From positions 124,001 to 188,000 of the forward strand of contig MU619258.1 in the NCBI GenBank assembly GCA_025201805.1: a stretch of DNA of 64,000 nucleotides, written 5' to 3'. A program made the translations under genes and the position numbers. Position 1 is the stretch's first letter. The number at the start of each line of letters is the position of its first letter. A model generated the notes under the pieces. It ran no database searches. It saw only the letters and a list, made by a program, of their open reading frames with translations, and had not been told where the DNA came from. Of this stretch, positions 37,366 to 50,417 are shown in pieces. The DNA is from Parasitella parasitica NRRL 2501. Lineage: Eukaryota > Fungi > Mucoromycota.

Positions 37366-39664
37366 TTTTCAGTAATTGTGGAGAAACAGAAAGAAAAAAA
37401 CAAGGGAAAGGAAGGGAAACGTACATTTATTGCAATCCAACCCTTCGCCAGCCCCCTCCGCCTTTTTTTGCCCCATAATATACAGTATATAACCGGTCAA
37501 AACGACCCACTTAAAACCCAGTGTTGGTATCCACATTATCAAATATTGATGAAAAAAAAATGGCCTGATTTTTTCCATTTCGACAAACTAAATATGGCTA
37601 ATTTCTTCCCTAAAACGACATGTCCAAAGTGTAAAAATATCATGGAAATGCTCGAGACACAAGCCAGCGTTGAACTGTTGTCATATGGCTGAATTTTGGG
37701 TCTTCTTTCCATGCAATGCACAATCCTGACATGTTTTCATTAGTAGCGTCTTCATTTTATCAGTTCAATCTACCGTTGCACAAACTAGTCGTAATGATAA
37801 TAATACCACCAACACAGAACCAAGTTTTTCAATTTAGCTGGGTCCCTTCCAGTCAATTCTAATATAAGCATTTGAGATATACATATAAATATATATATAT
37901 CAAACATAGCAACTCGAGAAATTCATATAGCATTTGCCAGCTGCAGCGTAATGCGGATACCTTGCCAAAATAATGTGTGCAGTGTAAATACGCAAAAATG
38001 TCTCGTGAAAATGAGTAATTGGAGTCTAAATCAGTATAATAAAACATTGCTTAAAAGTAGAACAATCATGCTCTTCTTGGACACAAACGATCAGGCACCT
38101 GTCATCTGCTTGGCTTTGGCACCGATAGACCAGGAACACCTTTTCCATGGACTTTCCCATTCGATACTAGCTTCTCATTAGTAAGGTATTGCTGGCATAG
38201 CATTAGACTACTAATCTATAGTATCTACGCAAATTTTTGAATTTCCACATGTGTCCGGCTGCATACAAATGCTCACGATTCATCGATACCACGGACCAGC
38301 TTTGTGTGTCCTACTCTAAATTTTACCCCCCTGCTTGCTTGTAGTTTTCTCCTGTTTCTGTCGCATCGAACCCCAAGTAACCGTTATGAATAATACCGTA
38401 TGTATGGTTCAAGTTGAGCAAGCAACAACCAATGGCATGTTGCATAATACTGGTAGTGCTAGCTTGAGTATTAATGATGTGTCTGTTGTGACATTTTGTA
38501 TAATACTCTTTTAGCTACTAATTTGCTGTACCTTTGATTGGATTGGCCACATTTTAGCTCATTGCTAAGCTCTGAAAGATAACATCGCCTATGCTTCCGC
38601 CGATGCCGCCGACAAAAATTATAATTACCAATACGGTATACTTGGCACCCTTATTACTGGTAAATGTATATTAAACTACATCCGGATGCTAATTTAACCT
38701 AGTTCACATTCTTGATTACATCAGACTACACCATCTGCCATCTGGTAGTCTACATCCTATACTATCTTTCATATATATATGGTTGCTGATTTTGACCATT
38801 CTATTTGCATAGATGAATTAGAATTGCTGTGCTTAGCCTGAATGAACATACACTTTTGTCATAGTAAATAATGAACCTTGGCTTAATCACATATCTGAAC
38901 ATCTCATCTTGCATTTCAGCAGCAGCAGAGGCAGTTAGATCAAAATGATTGTTATTTAGCANNNNNNNNNNAAAAAAAAAAAAAAAAAACAGGAAACAAA
39001 TATTCTCAATTTTTAGAACCAAAAATAAGGATTATTTCTATAGTAATAAATTGTACCTAAAAACAAGAGGGAAACAGCTTGTACCTACCCATAATTCAAT
39101 GAGTGCCGGTCAATATTTTTGACAATTTCTTATCTGAAAATGCATCAGATGGTAGCTATGAGTTCCAGGTAACAGTGCAACATAATTTAAGACTCTAAAT
39201 CGATCAGAAAGGCTATGTTTATATAAACAAAGTAGTAAAGGATAGCTTCGAGGTTTTTATTTTATTTTTTTGCTCTTTTAGTGATGGGATTTCTTTCTTA
39301 TTTGAATTGATATCTGTTAGGCTTGTGTACAAACCCTTGCTATCAATGCACTTTTATTTTTATTTGCTAGTTGATTATAATTGGAAGAAAGTATCATTTG
39401 ACATATAAAAGTATGCAAATGTGTCTAATGTGCAGCGTCTTCATCTCAATCTCGTTTTTCGTTGCTTGATAACACCATGGTACCTGTTGGCCTGGGTTCC
39501 AATCGCAAAAAGTCATGCTCCAAGACCTTCTCACGCATTAAAATGCAAGACTAAAAAAGATTTATTAATACATTTGGCTTGTAGATTTCTTTATCTATGC
39601 TCTTTTATCTATAGTATACTTGTCTTTTTTTTATTTTTATTTTACTTGCAACGGAAACAAAGCA

Positions 39665-40586
39665 ATGAACCCTTCAGATTGGATCGATGTCACCACAGAA
39701 AAGAATCACTACTCTCTTGACCACTTTGTGATCCCGGATCACTATGAAAAAGATGTTTCCAGTATTTTGATCCCTCATGGCGTTATTATAGTACATATAC
39801 ACGATGAATCTCGAAAACAAGTGTCTACGCTTACTAAAACTAAACGGTTTATATAGGATCGAATCAAGAAATTGGCCAGAATGATTGTCGACAGCTCGCC
39901 AGGGCCTTTGGGTAAGTTGCTATGGATACGAACGTAAACCACAATAAAGCTCATGTGTTTTCGTCAGTTGTTTGCTGTGTATTAAAGGGTGGCCATCAAT
40001 ACTTTGCTGATTTGGTTGATGAAATCAAGAAGCTGCGTAGAATCAATGGGACCAGTGTTCAACTCTCTCTAGAGTTTATTCGAGTCAAGTCTTATACGAA
40101 TGATACCTCTACTGGCGGCGTCAAAATATCTTTAACCGATGCAGAGCTGCAAGAATTTAGAGGAAAGGTAAGAAAGGCTCGGTAAAGTCTGTCTGTGTAG
40201 AGAGACAGGATATTCATGTTTGTGTGCTGATGCGAAAAATCGATAGAATCTTCTGATTGTCGAAGATATCATTGACACGGGTGCAACCATGGTCAAGTTG
40301 CTGGATAGATTAAATACCGTTGAACCGGCATCTGTTCGTGTTACTAGCCTATTGATCAAGAAAACATCCAGGAGCAACAATTATGTGCCAGATTATGTTG
40401 GCTTTTCTATTCCCGATGAATTTGTTGTAGGGTATGCGTTGGATTACAACGAGTATTTCAGAGATCTTGATCATATCTGCATTATTAGCGTAAGTCGCAT
40501 GTGTTATTTAGAGGGAATTTCTTTATTAACGAGTTCATTTTTTTTTTCTTAAACAGGAAACGGGAAAGGTAAAATACGCCGTTTAG
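39665..40586 (+). CDS. HPRT: Hypoxanthine-guanine phosphoribosyltransferase (5 exons)
   Basis: [37 protein letters not shown] motif [13 protein letters not shown] and [27 protein letters not shown]. Last exon [12 protein letters not shown] at 40584-40586. Confidence 0.95.
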
Positions 40587-41003
40587 TCCATCTCGCTTCT
40601 CTTCTTTGCTAATTTAGCCAACAAGAGTTTGTCTAATTCTTGCTGCGAAGTTCTTTTCATATATTGAATAAAGTTAATTTCACTGCCCTAACATAAGCCC
40701 AGTAGAAGTACCTTTCATTTAAGCAATTATTCATGGCTTTTAGCTTCGTTCTACATGTCCACATCACAGTGACATTATGCTCCTTACTGCAAGTAACAAA
40801 GTCTAACGAGACATAGTATGAGAGAATGTCGCAAATGCGATTCAGCTGATTTAAATACCTTTGATTGGCAATTGACAGGCCTCCAGGGCCTTTGCTTTCA
40901 TATCTTTGTAACAGGTCTCTTCCTCAGCTCTTGTGAGTGCGTGAAGTTCTGTATTCCTTGGAATAAAGGGATTATTCATGGTCTCTTCTTGTGATTTTCC
41001 CAT
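40583..41003 (-). CDS. CMC1: CMC1-like twin CX9C mitochondrial COX-assembly protein (3 exons; not in ORF track)
   Basis: Splices to [101 protein letters not shown]. Two exact CX9C motifs. Confidence 0.85.
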
Positions 41004-41497
41004 TTTTGTGTCAAGTTTTGCTAGGGTCGTTGGTGTAAATAATAAAAAAGAGAAAGCAAATTATGATATGATATGTCCATATCGCCGTTTGGTGACTGTA
41101 ATTACATTGGAAAGGGCTGCTACCGTACGTGTTTAGAGCTGGGAAATAGCAATGAGCAACTCAAACACAAGCAAGCAAATAGTGTATTAGAAACTATAGA
41201 ATGAACAGTATAAATTGGATACAGCCAAATTTTTATTATAAAAATAGTGTCAAGAAAGATTGTTTGAATAAAATTTAGACTAAAAAAAATCTACATCACT
41301 GGTAAATCTAATAACTACTACTATACTACGTGCATAGACCTATTGGTATGAAACAATTGTTTCATACAGTACGTGTCATTCACTTTCTGAAAGATAGATC
41401 CTTCTCTTTGAAAAGATAGATCCTTCTCTTTCAGAATAAATGCAACATGCTACCCCTTTGTTTTCCACATTTTTCATTTACATTGGTTTTAAAAAAA

Positions 41498-41632
41498 AAA
41501 AATTTGGTGGCAATATGCCTAGATGCTCCGAAGAGCGGTGCCTTCAAACACACAAGGTGCTGTAAGTTTGAGCAAAAGCTCATTCCGTCCTTCTCAAGGG
41601 GATTGCCAAAGTTCTCTCCTTTCGTTATGCAC
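41498..41632 (-). ncRNA. U6atac: U6atac snRNA (minor/U12-type spliceosome)
   Basis: Minus strand reads GTGCATAACGAAAGGAGAGAACTTTGGCAATCCCCTTGAGAAGGACGGAATGAGCTTTTGCTC...AAGGCACCGCTCTTCGGAGCATCTAGGCATATTGCCACCAAA then a T-run. It shows the AAGGAGA box, the ISL UCCCCUUGAnAAGGAnGGA, a central hairpin, a 3' UUCG stem-loop and a Pol III terminator. Confidence 0.9.
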
Positions 41633-42202
41633 AAGGAGAAAAGAAAAAAAAAATTGCAAGAAAAAAAAATTTCTCATTTAAATCCTCTCTAGTGGCTTAT
41701 TGATGATGAGACAGATGAGTCAAAAAGATTATGGTTGTGATACCATGTAAAAATTTCATATTAATAGGGTTGCTAATCAATAAGTATAGCGAATTAGACC
41801 TGCCAAAATGTTTGTGTACGAACGTGTCTACTTTCCTACTTTTTTCACTTTAAAAAAAAGTCAAACAGACCACAGGCCAGCTCCATTGCCAGATGCATTG
41901 GAAGTTTACGCTCGTTGAGAGAAGAAAAAGCTAAAGCCAAGTCAAGCCCTTTTGGTGCACGCCACCACAATCTGAATTATCCACGGCGCTGACCGAGTAC
42001 TATGGGCAGCTGATTCGAGGCTAATTGCACACAGAACCTGCAAAAGAAGCTAATATTGTTATAATGCGAGGTGGAGGCACCGCCACAGTCCTTAAAGGGC
42101 CCTACGTGGTGAGGTTAAGCTTGTTTGCTTATTTTAGAAGAGTTATTTTTAGTTGCATCGTTTTCTTAATTACAAGGCATAAAAGTTTCTTATCCCTGGC
42201 AT

Positions 42203-42258
42203 CATCAATGCATTTCACGTAAGCCATCAATGCAATTCACGCAAGCCATCAATGCAAT
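42203..42258. repeat. 22-bp tandem repeat (2.5 copies)
   Basis: CATCAATGCA(T/A)TTCACG(T/C)AAGC units at 42203, 42225 and 42247. Confidence 0.9.
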
Positions 42259-43052
42259 ATATTACTAAGTTTTCAACCATTCAACATGCATCATAAGTTC
42301 TCGTCTCTAACCTCTATTATGAGAAAGTTGCCTTGTTATCACTGATGGAAAAGAAAATGCTTCGTAAACTTATAATCCCTAGTGATAGCGACATAGTTGT
42401 GCACACAACGTATCTTTGAATCCTGAGCCCAGCTGGCTAACTTGATGCTTCCAGAACATGTTCCAATTAAAACATGAATCGTTAATCAGTCTCCACAATG
42501 ACAATATTGGTAGACTGATGAGTGCATTGTTTGGCTATGCACCATCAATGCTTATCATAAAGTTCTGCATTCTAATTTGAATTTGTTGGTGGAATGCATA
42601 CAAATATTGATCTGGTATACCGAGATTACTACTAAAGAGTCATTGCTGTTAATTGAGGATATTATAAATTGAAAGAGCACCACAAGAGCAATCACTCTAC
42701 AGACTGCTGTCTTCACATCGACTATACATAAAGCTCGTCAATTTGAATGCGTTCTGAAAGCAGTAATGTGGCGCATAGCTAACAGCAAGCAGGATATTAC
42801 TTGATTTAGGTCTAATATTACACAAAGAAGGCTCAAAGTGCAGAAATGCCCCTTTCGAGCTGTGGCGGTCATCGACTCTTTCCAAACATGGTAGGCCTTT
42901 GCCTCGTTAGGCAAGCTAGACATGTAAAAATAGACCCTTTTAAAAAATCTGAAATACATAATTCAAATTGGCTATGCAAAGTATAAAAAGAACGAGAAAT
43001 TCTGTCATGTCTCTGATTCATAGCATATTTCAATTACATACAAACAATAACA

Positions 43053-43262
43053 ATGCCAGCAATTCAATGGGTATACGCTAACGGCTGCAGTTGGGTTACA
43101 TTGGACGCACTGGCTCAGAGCCATATCGAAAGCCTATGGTCTTCATGCGGATCAAACTGGATTCAATCAAAATCTTTTAGATGTCCTGTGTATATAGACA
43201 TCAGTCAAATGGTGCTCATGTGTGAAGGTACCGCATATAGCATTGCCCGCCGGAGGGCATAA
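43053..43262 (+). CDS. Stand-alone WWE-like domain microprotein (69 aa)
   Basis: TATAAAA at ~42982 and ACAATG start context. Pattern W.Y....W..LD..AQ..IE.LW....VYIDISQM.......IARR matches the WWE layout. Confidence 0.65.
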   Translation: MPAIQWVYANGCSWVTLDALAQSHIESLWSSCGSNWIQSKSFRCPVYIDISQMVLMCEGTAYSIARRRA

Positions 43263-43906
43263 AATCTACGCAGCAGTAGATAATATTTACTCATATGAAG
43301 CAACTTAATCAACAGTATTTACAGCTACAAACCACCTATGCAAATTTATGATATCACCTATGTCCCCCCTCCTCACCTCTCATATTATTAGATTATTGTA
43401 TGCCAAATTTATTCATTCCTATTTCAATTCAAGCGCATTTGTGTGCAAACTTTCGTTTTAATAAATAATCGTATGGTAATACTTGATGTATTTCTAATAC
43501 TTCTATAAGTAATTATGCTGGTATGATATACACAACATTTATATACACTCTAACATATGAATCAACAACATGCGGATCGCCATTGACAGGTCCTGCATTG
43601 AAATCTAGCATAAACGAGAGTGGCCCATTGAAAACCATGGAAACGCATCCAACGTTATTAAAAAAGCCCTTTATGTACTGGACCGTTTAGAGAATAAATC
43701 ATACGGTGATTTGTTGGCAGCAGCCATAGCAACGACCGACAAATCCGCAGTACATTTGGACTAGGGATGCAAACAGAGGCATCCCACTGTCGTATCGTAC
43801 TATGTATAGGTGACTTAGTTAGGACTGGGTTTTGCACACCTTAAAACCATCATCTTCATTGAAAATTTTTTAGTCTTTTCACATCTTTAAAATCAAACAA
43901 TTCACA

Positions 43907-46221
<2,315 letters not shown>

Positions 46222-46606
46222 ATTTCATCAATTCAAAATATATACTACAAATCATCATTTTATACACATCCAATTTTTGCACACTTGTTATTATTATTAT
46301 TATTATTTTTTTTTTTATAGAGGACATTCCCTTATATGTAAATTTACATAAATAGTCTGTAAAATATGAACTATTTGTATTATTACCGCCATCATTTGTT
46401 TGTAAACTTGTGTATTCTAGCTCTCTATCGACTGTCAGTGATATTTGACATATATTCAAGTGCTCTGTTTGGGAAAAATACCCCCTATCAGCTAGCACTG
46501 TTCCTGCACTAGTACTAATTTGCTCTTGAAATAATTACAATGAAAATAAGTGTTTTTTTTTTTTTAATCAAATAATATGTGGATTTATGTATAGTTTATG
46601 TACAAT

Positions 46607-49157
46607 CTACGCTCTAGGCTTGATATTGATATTTTTCTTTTTCTGCTTATTGCTGCTATTGCTACTATTGCTGTTATTGCTGTATCCTTGCGAGTTAGGT
46701 TTGCTATTTCCATTTGTGCTTTTCTGCCTTCTATTGCTGCTTTTACCATTGCTTTTTTTGCTGGATGTATTCATGCTTAGTGCAGGAAATTGAGGTTTCG
46801 GTTTTGTAGATGGCGGAGGAGGAAGAGGTGTATGCACTTTCACGATCTCTGCCAATGTTCTTTTTTTCGGTTCAGATGATGCTGCCGCTTCAGTTTGCTG
46901 TTGCTTGGTAGTAGACCATCGCCGTAACCGTTGAGGCTGCTCACTAGACCAAGAAGGCTGTGGAAATGCGTCTGAGGAAGGTAGAGTGGCTGTTGTGGAT
47001 ATGCTGTTTGAGATGGCAGGCCATTCCATACCGCTTGATTTGCGTCGTGGCTTTCTATCTTGATGATAGTGGCTGGAGTTGCCATGTCCAGCATTATTAA
47101 CACTATTGTGGTTGCTTGCGCCTTTTCGTCGATGTGCGTTTCCACCTGTTTTTTTGAAGCTTTTTTCATCGGTCATATGTTGCTTTGAAACATGTGGATG
47201 ACGGTTATACTGATGCTGCTGTTGTGCAGTTGGAGCTTGCTCTTTTCGTTGATATCGAGCAAATATTCTGTCAACAGATTGATCTGGTCCATGATCTACA
47301 GAGATATCCAGCATAGACAATAGCGTCGATGGGACAGGAGGCAGTGGATGACTTCCATGTCTCGTATTTCTGACTCTTAAAATAGAATCCAGCGCCTGTG
47401 GTGAGCTAAAACGAGGGTGAAACGTATTTGAAGAAATCAAAGAATGTTGTTTTGATATCGGCGGAGCACGACAAGTATATGAAGGGAAGCGAGTATTCGT
47501 ATAAGAATCACAAATATTATGGGAGGGATATGAGCAGATACCGTCAACCATACTTCGTCGTCTATCATATGGATGTCTTGTTGGCACTGAAGGTGCATAA
47601 CTAGTGTGAGGATGTATAGGAAGGAAAAATGACGAATTACGGTTCTCTGAAGGAAGAGTAAGTGATAATACGCTGCTGTCAAGTGAAGAGGAGGAGAAGG
47701 GTATGTCGGTAACACTCGTTGTGCTTGTCACTACAGCTTGATATAAATTAGAAATTGATTCCAAATCATCGCCTGCGAACAGCAAATCCAAAAATCGCTG
47801 AAATTCACATCGCAAGCCATGCACTGATGTAATGTCGGCTGAATTTCCTAGATTTCGGCCCACATTGAACGGCTCTTCCACGCACAGACTCATTTTGTTT
47901 CTACCCGTGTCCCATCCCTTTTCTTTTTTTGATAGATATCGGCCGTGTCGTACTGAAACCACTTGATCATCATAGTCAAATTCAATAGCAAATCGACGGA
48001 AAAAAGCAAATAGCAACCCTCCCAAGCTTTCCTTGTTTGCTAGCCCAAAATCCTTGAGCTTTTCGACATTGTCAAAGAAGTAATCTTCATTTTTCCCTTC
48101 ATGTTCAATTTCATGCAGGACAGGAAGAATCGGTGGTTGACGCTGCTGCAAAAAGTTGATAATCATGCAAGTCCACGTATAAGACGATAGGGTACCACCA
48201 TTAGCTACAAGCGAAACTATTACCAACCCGTATTCGCCCTAAAGACATCGGTCTTACCTGCATCATTCAATTGTCTCTGCTTTGTCCAATGCTTGATTGT
48301 CATAATCAGCGGCCTTACACGTGAGTCTAGTGCAACGTAGGTTTTAATCATTTTAGTGTTTTGAAGGGCTAATGTATTATTAACATTGATGTCGCACGAA
48401 AGCTGTCTATAACAAGAAGTATATTAAAAAAAACATGGCAAATCAATCTGTTATGTGGCACTCAGCATACAATTCCGGATCGAATAATCGAACAATAGGC
48501 ACTTTTGCTCGAGGAACACACACAACGTGCTGCATACCACCTAATGGGCGTGTTAATAATAAAAAAAGATCTGATAAGATATGTGTGCCATTTTTTGGAT
48601 TTTTTTTTGTTTTACATTTTCGAAATAATTTTGCCAACAGTCGAACATTTCGTAAACCATTCCAAGCTGTTGTAATGCATAAATCTACGTCAGAAGAGCT
48701 GGTTCCGAGGTCATTGACGGATGATCTATTGTGCAAAACATCAGCTCTAAAAAAACCGATAATTTTGCGTCAACTAAAAGTAAACCAACCCAAATACATT
48801 TGCTTTGATATCATGATCAGGCCATTCTTCATTCAACAAATGTTCTATCCGATCAACAAACTTGACTCGCTTGTCGTAACTGTCTTTGCTGGGTAGCAAG
48901 TCCTTTTTAATGGTAAATAATCGAAACAACAATGTTGCATCAGACATACGTACTTGATACATTTTAATTATATCTATTGAGAGGTTATCTTCTTGTCGAA
49001 CTTCAAGCACGTAGGGAATTTTCGAGAAATTAACAGACTCATCGATTGCAGGGTTATTAGTTGGTGTACTGTCATCCAATGCCTTTACGTCTTTTTTGTT
49101 TGAAGGCGTTGCGTCAACTTTGACCATGGTATCAAGACTATCTGTGGATGCCTGCAT
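46607..49157 (-). CDS. Non-canonical poly(A)/poly(U) polymerase (Cid1/Cid13/TUT-like) with a long disordered C-terminus
   Basis: NVFG/SSVNDLGTSSSDVDLC (GS...DxD), AKVPIVRLFDP, CDINVNNTLALQNTKMI, GGTLSSYTW and PAP-associated LCVEEPFNVGRNLG. Confidence 0.9.
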
Positions 49158-50417
49158 CCTCTTCTTTTTCTATCTCTTTTTATTCAAAAACGCTTGAGTT
49201 TGTTCCAAAGAATTAAACAACTGGAGGTAAGAAAGATATGAGCTTCTATGAATTGTTACATTTAAAAGTTTTTTCGAAATTCAACGTCCCAAAGCGACTA
49301 TGATTTTTTTGACAAGATCAACTACCATGCCAACCAATGGTTACAACCAAGATAACAGACAAGACCGACATATATGATTCATATCTGTTAGTTAAAGCCC
49401 CAAACTAGCCATTCGCAATTAGATTCTGTATTCTCTTAGGATCTGTAAATTTGAACGGGTTGAAGGGCCCAGCTCCAGGATGATGTGGGGATACCAATTT
49501 GAAAGTGTTGCTTAACAATCGTTGCTAAGAAAATCACAGCTTGAGTTTTGAGAAATGTCAAGTAGAAAAGGCTCAGAAACTTGAAATAATAAGCAAATAA
49601 TCAATCCGAAGGAAAAATGAGAGTTACTTTGCAAACTTTCAACGATGGAAAGCTTGTTTATTTGGCTGGAATTTTAAATGGAAAGTAGCCGTTTGATCTC
49701 GTTACGCCTTATGGGATTAGCCTGGTTTGAAGGTCTTGGTTTAGCATATGGACACATATAAAGCTAATCACACGGACACTTTTCTAATAACTTCAAAATT
49801 GTGGTTGGCGAGCAAGTCGTAAATTTGGTCAATACGGTATATGCGACAACCAAGATTATCAGAATATGGGATTTATTGAAAATTGTTTATTGAACGGTAA
49901 AAAATAAGGTTAAATTTTTTTTCATAGTATAATACGGTTGAAAAATTTGACGCATGCTAGGGTCTTTCAATTAAACTTCCAAAATAGCCTTCCAACCCTT
50001 GAGTTGTTGTAAGCTGGATAATAAGCATTTAAGGCTATCGTGTAAAGAAGAGTGCACAAAATGATTGTCTTTTTAACGACGTAAACCCTATTAAACTTTA
50101 CCACTCGAACCTAAATTGAAATCAAAATTTCAACTAACAGATTTACATCACTTCCTTTGAACCCATAAAAGAGAGGGAAATAGGGTACAAATTGCGGTAC
50201 AACATCCGTGAGAGGAACATCTCAGCCGTAGGAACCGCTGAGGCCATCTGATGTTATAAAGCAAATGAAATTAAGACCGGTATCTGTTCAAGTGGTGCAG
50301 TGCACAATGAAAGTGACTAGGTTCCAATTTATCAAACGCTTTGGTGGGCTCAGATACGAAGTAGAAATACAATGTCAAAAATTTCTATATTCCCTTCTCT
50401 TGTCCACAATTTGGAGC

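Noticed and set aside
38200-38650. Possible decayed LINE tail or pseudogene fragments
   Set aside because: No frame gives a recognisable motif with confidence.
41431-41692. Short ORFs overlapping the U6atac locus
   Set aside because: No coding features; the snRNA explains the region.
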